Assembly (NCBI GenBank): GCA_965285935.1
Contig: OZ260667.1
Coordinates: forward strand, 61,008,001-61,072,000
Direction: 5' to 3'
Length of the DNA: 64,000 bases
DNA from: Ophelia neglecta
Lineage: Eukaryota
A program made the translations under genes and the position numbers. Positions 1-9,100 of this stretch are shown here, in pieces. Numbering within the stretch: position 1 is the first letter of the stretch; every line of letters starts with the position of its first letter. Below the pieces are notes generated by a model. The model did no database searches. It was given only the letters and a program-made list of their open reading frames with translations, and was not told the DNA's origin.

Positions 1-2785
1 CACAATGTGTCCAGTAGGGTCCGTATTTAAGCCTCCTCGTTCACAATGTGTCCAGTCGGGTCCGTATTTAAGCCTCCTCGTTCACAATGTGTCTAGTAGG
101 GTCCGTTTTTAAGCCTCCTCGTTCACAATGTGTCCAGTCCTGTCCGTATTTAAGCCTCCTCGTTCACAATGTGTCCAGTCGGGTCCGTATTTAGGCCTCC
201 TCGTTCACAATGTGTCCAGTAGGGTCCGTATTTAAGCCTCCTCCTTCACAATGTGTCCAGAAGGGTCCGTATTCAAGCCTCCTCGTTCACAATGTGTCCA
301 GTAGGGTCCGTATTTAAGCCTCCTCGTTCACAATGTGTCCAGTCGGGTCCGTATTTAAGCCTCCTCGTTCACAATGTGTCCAGTCGGGTCCGTATTTAAG
401 CCTCCTCGTTCACAATGTGTCCAGTCGGGTCCGTATTTAAGTCACCTCGTTCACAATGTGTCCAGTAGGGTCCGTTTTTAAGCCTCCTCGTTCACAATGT
501 GTCCAGTCCTGTCCGTATTTAAGCCTCCTCGTTCACAATGTGTCCAGTCGGGTCCGTATTTAGGCCTCCTCGTTCACAATGTGTCCAGTAGGGTCCGTAT
601 TTAAGCCTCCTCGTTCACAATGTGTCCAGTAGGGTCCGTATTTAAGCCTCCTCGTTCACAATGTGTCCAGTCGGGTCCGTATTTAAGCCTCCTCGTTCAC
701 AATGTGTCTAGTAGGGTCCGTTTTTAAGCCTCCTCGTTCACAATGTGTCCAGTCCTGTCCGTATTTAAGCCTCCTCGTTCACAATGTGTCCAGTCGGGTC
801 CGTATTTAGGCCTCCTCGTTCACAATGTGTCCAGTAGGGTCCGTATTTAAGCCTCCTCCTTCACAATGTGTCCAGAAGGGTCCGTATTCAAGCCTCCTCG
901 TTCACAATGTGTCCAGTAGGGTCCGTATTTAAGCCTCCTCGTTCACAATGTGTCCAGTCGGGTCCGTATTTAGGCCTGCTCGTTCACAATGTGTCCAGTA
1001 GGGTCCGTATTTAAGCCTCCTCGTTCACAATGTGTCCAGTCGGGTCCGTATTTAAGGCTCCTCGTTCACAATGTGTCCAGTAGGGTCCGTATTTAAGCCT
1101 CCTCGTTCACAATGTGTCCAGTCGGGTCCGTATTTAAGTCTCCTCGTTCACAATGTGTCCAGTAGGGTCCGTATTTAAGCCCCCTCGTTCACAATGTGTC
1201 CAGTCGGGTCCGTATTTAAGGCTCCTCGTTCACAATGTGTCCAGTAGGGTCCGTATTTAAGCCTCCTCGTTCACAATGTGTCCAGTCGGGTCCGTATTTA
1301 AGGCTCCTCGGTCACAATGTGTCCAGTTGGGTCCGTATTTAAGCCTCCTCGTTCACAATGTGTCCAGTAGGGTCCGTATTTAGGCCTCCTCGTTCACAAT
1401 GTGTCGAGTCCTGTCCGTATTTAAGCCTCCTCGTTCACAATGTGTCCAGTCGGGTCCGTATTTAGGCCTCCTCGTTCACAATGTGTCCAGTCGGGTCCGT
1501 ATTTAAGCCTCCTGGTTCACAATGTGTCCAGTAGGGTCCGTATTTAGGCCTCCTGGTTCACAATGTGTCCAGAAGGGTCCGTATTTTTAGGCCTGCTCGT
1601 TCACAATGTGTCCAGTGGGGTCCGTATTTAAGCCTCCTCGTTCACAATGTGTCCAGTCGGGTCCGTATTTAAGCCTCCTCGTTCACAGTGTGTCCAGTAG
1701 GGTCCGTATTAAAGCCTCCTCGTTCACAATGTGTCCAGTAGGGTCCGTATTTAAGCCTCCTCGTTCACAATGTGTCCAGTCGGGTCCGTATTTAAGGCTC
1801 CTCGTTCACAATGTGTCCAGTTGGGTCCGTATTTAGGCCTCCTCGTTCACAATGTGTCCAGTAGGGTCCGTATTTAGGCCTCCTCGTTCACAATGTGTCG
1901 AGTCCTGTCCGTATTTAAGCCTCCTCGTTCACAATGTGTCCAGTCGGGTCCGTATTTAGGCCTCCTCGTTCACAATGTGTCCAGTCGGGTCCGTATTTAA
2001 GCCTCCTGGTTCACAATGTGTCCAGTAGGGTCCGTATTTAGGCCTCCTGGTTCACAATGTGTCCAGAAGGGTCCGTATTTTTAGGCCTGCTCGTTCACAA
2101 TGTGTCCAGTTGGGTCCGTATTTAAGCCTCCTCGTTCACAATGTGTCCAGTCGGGTCCGTATTTAAGCCTCCTCGTTCACAATGTGTCCAGTAGGGTCCG
2201 TATTAAAGCCTCCTCGTTCATAATGTGTCCAGTCGGGTCCGTATTTAAGCCTCCTCGTTCACAATGTGTCCAGTAGTCTCCGTATTTAGGCCTCCTCGTT
2301 CACAATGTGTCCAGTCGGGTCCGTATTAAAGCCTCCTCGTTCACAATGTGTCCAGTCGGGTCCGTATTTAAGCCTCCTTGTTCACAATGTGTCCAGTAGT
2401 CTCCGTATTTAGGCCTCCTCGTTCACAATGTGTCCAGTCGGGTCCGTATTAAAGCCTCCTCGTTCACAATGTGTCCAGTCGGGTCCGTATTTAAGCCTCC
2501 TCGTTCACAATGTGTCCAGTCGGGTCCGTATTTAAGCCTCCTCGTTCACAATGTGTCCAGTAGTCTCCGTATTTAGGCCTCCTCGTTCACAATGTGTCCA
2601 GTCGGGTCCGTATTAAAGCCTCCTCGTTCACAATGTGTCCAGTAGGGTCCGTATTTAAGCCTCCTGGTTCACAATGTGTCCAGTAGTCTCCGTATTTAGG
2701 CCTCCTCGTTCACAATGGGGCGCATTGGGCCTGTATTTAAGCCTCTTCGTTCCAGTCGGGCCAGTAATTTGAACCTCCTCGTTCT
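1..2785. repeat. 41-bp tandem satellite (CACAATGTGTCCAGT[A/C]GGGTCCGTATTTAAGCCTCCTCGTT), ~66 copies, runs off the window start
   Basis: Unit starts at 1 and 42; head-to-tail without spacers; degenerates after ~2715. Confidence 0.98.
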
Positions 2786-3499
2786 CAACGCCTTCATTGA
2801 TTCTGCCAACACTTTCTCACAGTTTTACTATTGTAAACACGAATCTTGAAACACGAATAAGGCGACACAAAAAAATGTCAATAGTGTTGAAGGAATCGGT
2901 CGTCTTTGTGAGAGACGTCATACCAATGATAACTAGATCAAAGCCGTGGCCGCTCCGGAGGACTGAGGGCCGGGGGTCCGGGGTCCGGGGGGGGGGGGGC
3001 TGGGGGACTTGGGCCCGGCTAACCGAGTGCCTCGGGACAGGGGTCAGATTTGTGTGAGACACTGTTGTCGTCGCACCTTTCTAGTCTATATAGTGTCTAT
3101 TGTCGGAGCGACTTTTGCTCAAATGCTCAATATGGTGTTATTTTGGGGGATAGTTAATTGGACCTTACTTATGACCCTGTTTATGTGCTCTTTACGCCTT
3201 TCAAGCAAATTTAATTTAAATTTTACTGATTATAATTACACAGAGAATATAGCTGCTTCAATGGACTCACAATAGTATACCCTGGCCGCTGATTAGACAA
3301 TCCCCCCAAGCTGTATATTCTAAAGACCTATACAGGTAATGTGCTCTGGTTCTCTGGCCGGGTGAGATTTGTGTGAGACACCAGGAAGTCTACTGTACCT
3401 GCACACGCTAGATACTCTTTTCACCTGTAATGATAATTGGTGCTGCACGGCTTTCAAAACAACATCTTTGATCTTGGCTGGTTTCCGGAGATACTAGAG

Positions 3500-3671
3500 C
3501 AGCGGCGGAATCAGGGGGGGGGGGGGGCAAAAAATGGGCCTGGACCAGGGCCTATTTCTGGACACACAAAAGATAGTTTCAGAGGGTTGGTAACGGGGAC
3601 AATCCAGACATTGGCCTTGTCAGCCTTGGAAAATTTAGCCCCCCCTTCCTGAAATCCTGGATCCGCCACTG
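3500..3671. mobile_element. MITE with CAG(T/C)GGCGGA-type terminal inverted repeats and a 6-bp target duplication
   Basis: Left end CAGCGGCGGAATCAGG; right end CCTGGATCCGCCACTG; CTAGAG flanks both sides (3494-3499, 3672-3677); no ORF. Confidence 0.75.
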
Positions 3672-4134
3672 CTAGAGTCTCCTTGGTTAGTATACTCTGG
3701 TCCCCTGTGAGACGTTTGATCAGCGGTAATCTAGATTGGTTCCCTGCTATTTACTTTGATGCTATTTTATGAATGAATTGAGCTGGTATGTCTGTCTTTG
3801 TAAGCGGTACGTTCCCGTGTACCCCCCCCCCCCTCCCCTCCCCCGACTGTTTCCAGAGCGCGTGGACAGGTGGAAATGTGATAATTTCTTCAAGCTCGCA
3901 TTGAAAAATAAGTGTCAACCTAACCTATCCTTTTTAATATGTGGTTGCCTATGCATTTGTCTTTAAGTGGAACACAGCAGCTAAGTCTGAACAATGTCAT
4001 GAATAGTTGAAAAACGACCAGTTAGGTTCGCGATTTAACCTGTAAGAGGTTTTAATGACGTCCCTGCAACCTCCACCCTCCCTCCACGCAGTTCAGTCAC
4101 TAATAGCCGGTAATCACGGCCCAGACGGTATTAT

Positions 4135-4290
4135 CCGCGTTTAGTACCGACGACAACGAATTCCGCCATGCCGGATATGGCTTAAGCCGTGTTTTAGATC
4201 CGACAATACCGGTCTTGACCATACCGGAAATGGTGCCAGCCGTGTTTTAGATGCGATAACAACGGATTTGTCCAGGCCGGAAATGATCAT
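4135..4290. repeat. Three degenerate ~53-bp tandem units, each ending in CCGGA(A/T)ATG
   Basis: Unit starts at 4135, 4187 and 4240; CCGTGTTTTAGAT and CCGGAAATG recur. Confidence 0.7.
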
Positions 4291-4971
4291 AATTGAGTTT
4301 TGATTTGGCTATAAAAGACCAAATTGCCCCTTAAAACTGCTTCAAAGGTGTTTGGAGAGTAGACACAATATTTATCGGTCAAAGCTGTTTCGTACACCGG
4401 ACACAAGTCGGTACTAATCTCATGAACGAGGTCGATTCTCTTGCCTGACAACCGACCGGGTTAGCGGGCGGATTAGAAGGGTGGTGGGAACTGGGATCAG
4501 GACTTATTTTCCTTCGACAGTTTCCCGACTCTGTTTTAATGGCGATTAAACAGGCGAGAGCCCCAAAATCGTGCCCCTGTACCCACCCTCCCTAAATCCG
4601 CGCCTCTGTACCTACCAGCGCGTGCTCAACTCTTGAAAACGTCTGCCAAATTCCTTTCTACGCCGGAAACGGAAATATGGATTGACTGGGGCATGCAGCT
4701 TTAGGATTTAACAAGCCACGTTTTAATGGTGTTCTGTCGGTTCAGTGGGGGCGATCGGATGCCGAGATACATGTCACGCGAGCGGAGCAATAATTGGCCT
4801 CTGTATATGACTGAGTGTGTTGTGAGGGTATTGTCCTCACACAACATGGCGTGTGGAGGGCAGCAGTCAACACAGTCAATCATGATTCAGGAGAGATTCC
4901 ATAAGGTCGCCGTCAAAACTCGGACAGATAGTTAATTAGACATATGGGATGTAGAGAGACAGGAATCTTAA

Positions 4972-5322
4972 TAATGTAAAATAAGGCGTGCAGTCAACCA
5001 TGACCTATTCAATGTTAAAACAAGGCGTGCAGTCGACCATGACCTGTTTAATGTTAAAACAGGGAATGCAGTCGACCATGACCTGTTCAATGTTAAAACA
5101 GGGAATGCAGTCGACCATGACCTGTTCAATGTTAAACACGGCGTGCAGTCGACCATGACATGTTTAATGTTAAAACACGGAATGCAGTCGACCATGACCT
5201 GTTTAATGTTAAAACACGGAATGCAGTCGACCATGACCTGTTTAATGTTAAACCACGGCATGCAGTCGACCATGACCTGTTTAATGTTAAACCACGGCAT
5301 GCAGTCGACCATGACCTTTTTA
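4972..5322. repeat. 39-bp minisatellite (AATGTTAAAACA[A/C]GG..TGCAGTCGACCATGACCTGTTT), ~9 copies
   Basis: Unit starts at 5011 and 5050; explains the 13-aa periodic ORFs in several frames. Confidence 0.95.
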
Positions 5323-5743
5323 ACAACTTGTAAATGGAACACTCTTGTTATTGCTAAGCTCTTGTTTGGTCAGATCCTACTTAGAATTTTACAATCCGAA
5401 TGCGGCGTTCCCCTAATATTAACACCAGGTGGCTCCAGGTGTGCTGTATGAATATTTACGTAGTTTTTAATTACTGAACATAATGTTAATTCTTCTGTAT
5501 TCATACTACTGGTGTAACTTGTACTACTCAAGTGAAGTTTTTCATCACTTGGAGGGATGGCCAACATTTTTACTCTGATTATTGTATTCTATCAAATAAA
5601 TAGAATATTCCAGAACACCACGAGTCTCGTTTGGAGCTCCTCACTTGACCGATGGCGATATTTTCATAGTTTGCTTCCCTCCGTATTCTCCAGATAGAGG
5701 CGCACTCTATTGTTCCATTAAGACATGTTTCTTTGTTTCGCAG

Positions 5744-6149
5744 GCGGCCACATGGAGAGTTTTAAGTTCCTGTTGAAGCGAGGCGCCCGGGTGTGTTCGG
5801 CCCTCAACGGGTCGACTTTACTGATGGAAGCCGTGGACAAGAACAAGGCGGAGTTCGTCAAGCAGATCGTGAACACCAGCAAGACGCTGGGCATCGACAT
5901 CAACCAGAAGGACAAGGACGGAAACAACGCGCTCTTCTACGCAGCCGCCGCCGGAAATGTGGAGCTCTTCAGACGCCTGCTGGAGGCGGGCTGTGTGGTG
6001 GAGTGTGACTTACATAACCGGACGTTATTGACGCAAGCGGCCCTTCATGGCCACTTAGAAATGGTTCAATACGTGGTGAATAACAGTCTGGCGCTGGGAG
6101 TGGACGTCTGTCAACTGGACAAGGACGGGCGGAACGCCATATACTACTG
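5744..6149 (+). CDS. Internal exon, ankyrin repeats (xGHMESFKFLLKRGA...KDGNNALFYAAAAGNVELFRRLLEAG...KDGRNAIYY)
   Basis: Acceptor tttctttgtttcgcag ends at 5743; donor TG|gtaagt at 6150; ANK consensus motifs; GC3-rich codons. Confidence 0.93.
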
Positions 6150-9100
6150 GTAAGTAGTAACATATCAGATTTAACTGTTATACTCCATACTAGTATGTTT
6201 ACACATGACTGGTCTAGGTTTTCACAAATCGTATTATATTCATTTTTCAATGGTCCGTTAAAGGACATTGCAAGAAATACAAGATTTCTGTTTCCACAGT
6301 TCCCTTCCTTAACATATTTAGCGTTTTCTTTAATGCATAATGCAAGATGAAAAAATGTGTTTCCTACGAAACTATTTCCACCCTTGTATGAACCTCTATG
6401 ACTCCTTGTGGAATGTTCCAAATCCATAAGGGACCTTGTCCAAACCGACCTCCCGCCCTCCTGCCACCCCACAACAATAAACCCTGCTGTTGTTTACTTG
6501 TAGTGGTATACGTGTTTATCGTTTCTTTCAGCGTGGAAGGCGATCATGTCCAGGTGCTCGAGTATCTTGTCCAATATGGCGTCCCTCTAGTCACAGACGC
6601 TGCCGGAAAGACTAATCTCATGCAGGCTGCGCGCGCAGGTCGACAGGACATAACTAAATTTATACTAAAACACCGACACCAACTTGCCCTGGACATAAAC
6701 GCGATTGACAAGAGTGGTGAAAACGCCTTGTTTTACGCTGCTAGGTCAAAGTGTGTTCCGGTCGTAGACTCGTTGCTGAGCAACCACATTACTATTACAG
6801 ACAACCTCGCTGGGGTCAGTGTCCTCTCTCAGAGCATGGCGGACGGAAACGAGGCTGTAGTGGAAACCATTTTGGGCCATCCGGATGTAAACATGGCGTC
6901 TGTTGTCAATGGCAAGGACGTCAAGGGTCGGACTACCTTACACCACCTGGTGCAGAGAGGAGAACTACAGAGACTAGTAAATCTCGGGAAATACTACTCA
7001 CCCCAGTTCGACAGCGACCTCGGTGGGACTACACTACTTATGACCGCTTGTAAACACAACGAAAACATGGACATTATCCGGTATCTGTGTGAAACAATGA
7101 AGGTCGACCTCTACAGGACAGACAACCGCCGCAGGACGGCGCTGTACTACGCCGTGGAATCTTCTAGTCTCCCCGCAGTCGACTTCCTAATCCAGCATAG
7201 TAGTAACCAAGACAGGAATAGTAATAACTACGATGTGCCTAACGGTATAGGAGATAGTGATAGTGGCATGTGTGATACCATGAGTAGTGTATCTAGCGAG
7301 GCAAGTAGTATAGTGGGTGAGGCACCCCTTATCAATCTTGGCGAAGATACAAGTTGTATGTGTTGCTCTCCAGACAAAATATTACCGACAGGGGTCACCA
7401 CGACTCCCCTATATAACACTGCCAAAAGTATATTGGACAGCGACGTGGACGGTTTCTCGCCTCTCATGGTCGCCGTGGTAACCGGCAATAAATATATCGT
7501 GGAGATCCTCTTGAGATCTCGTTCGGGACGAGAGTTGGTGAAATGCCAGGACTGTCGAGGTCGTACAGCGTGTCATTACTGTGCGAATCACGGCTATCTG
7601 TCCATTATGGAGATGATAGTGACGACAGGTGGCGCTGTAGATGTCCAGGACGCCGAGGGCCTGACGGCGGCCATGTTAGCCGCGTCTCACGGGCGGTCAC
7701 GTGCTCTTGCTTATCTGCTGCGTGTCGGCTGTGACCTTGAGCTTGTAGACACGTCACAACGGAACGCACTCCATCATTGCTTCTCCGGGACTCCTACTCT
7801 GCGCTGTGTTCGACTACTACTCCGCTGTGGCGTCAAGGTTAACCAGCGTGACCTTGGAGGGCGGACACCGCTAATGGCGGCCTGTGGACTATGTTCTAGG
7901 ACGCAGATCGCCGTAATCAGGAGCCTGGTGGAGGCGGGAGCCGACCCCGTCCTTCAAGACTCGGAGGGAAGGGACGCCTTTGACCACTGTCCCTTCGACA
8001 ATGAATACGTCAAGGGCCTACTCAGGGAACACGTGGGTAAGTAGTATAATACACTTCTACAATGTAAGTAGTATAATATACTTCGGCATTGCGGACAGGG
8101 TAGTAGTATAATACACGTCTATACTGCTACTGGAAAGGTCGAGTGTGTACTATAATGCCCTTCTATACTTCGTAGTTAACGGTCTGGTTTGCACATACAT
8201 TTGCATAATACACATGTATACTGTTTAGTTAATGGGTATACTTCTCACTGCACAGCCAGGTTAGTAGTATAATACTACTTGTTTACAAGATTTATAAAGT
8301 ACTTTGCATATATTTTTTATTCTACCTAACTATAAACAAATTGGTTACAAATAGTTTAATGTTATTATTATACAATTATCTTAATATGATTTTCATTTCT
8401 TTCAATTAGCCTTTGCAACTTATCTTTTCAGCTTTTATTCAAGTATCATTTATTTGTATCTTTAGGTCAATAACCGTTTTTGAATTGTATTAAGTTAAAT
8501 GCATGGCTAAAAGTAGCGGCAGGTTATAAGTTTAAAACACAGATGAACATTAAAAATGTCTAAATGGTGGACGCCCAATGTCTCGGCTAGAAAGTAAAAA
8601 CATACCATTAGTTTTGTAATTGAGTAACTAAAGATTCCATACTGTATGGATGTCCAATTTCGAAGTTGGGTAAAGTATTTTCTTCACACACATACACAAG
8701 CTCGTAGTAATGAGGCTCGAGTCTATGATGAATGTCTGGCAAATATCAGTTATTAAAAAAAGACAGGCATACACTGCTGGATGATGTCAATGTGGATTAA
8801 GTGCGAGCTTTATTGACAAATCTACTCATGGTAGCTTACAGTACAATGCAGCCACCACCCACTGTCTGATTTACCACCACCCCATGTCAACATGCTGTCT
8901 GCCCTCTGTCTGGTCTACCACCACCCAATGATGCCTGTCTGTCCCTGTCAGGTCTACCACCACCCCATGTCAACATGCTGTCTGTCCCCTGTCTGGTCTA
9001 CCACCACCCCATGTTTACAGCCTGTCCGCCCCCTGCCTGGTCTACCACCATCCCATGTTTACAGCCTTTCTGCCCCCTGTCTGGTCTACCACCACCCCAT

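Noticed and set aside
1-2785. CRISPR array (also considered for the 37-, 38- and 39-bp arrays)
   Set aside because: Units are head-to-tail with no unique spacers, there are no cas genes, and the context is eukaryotic.
4846-4930. First coding exon of the ANK-CARD gene (MACGGQQ...TD, phase-1 donor GTTAAT)
   Set aside because: The donor is weak and the peptide does not supply the missing first helix of the ANK repeat that exon 5744 completes; upstream exons more likely lie outside the window.
5725-6531. ORF-track starts at 5725 and 6398 as true N-termini; antisense ORFs over the ANK exons
   Set aside because: Both starts lie upstream of strong acceptors in intronic sequence; the antisense ORFs are shadows of GC-rich coding DNA.
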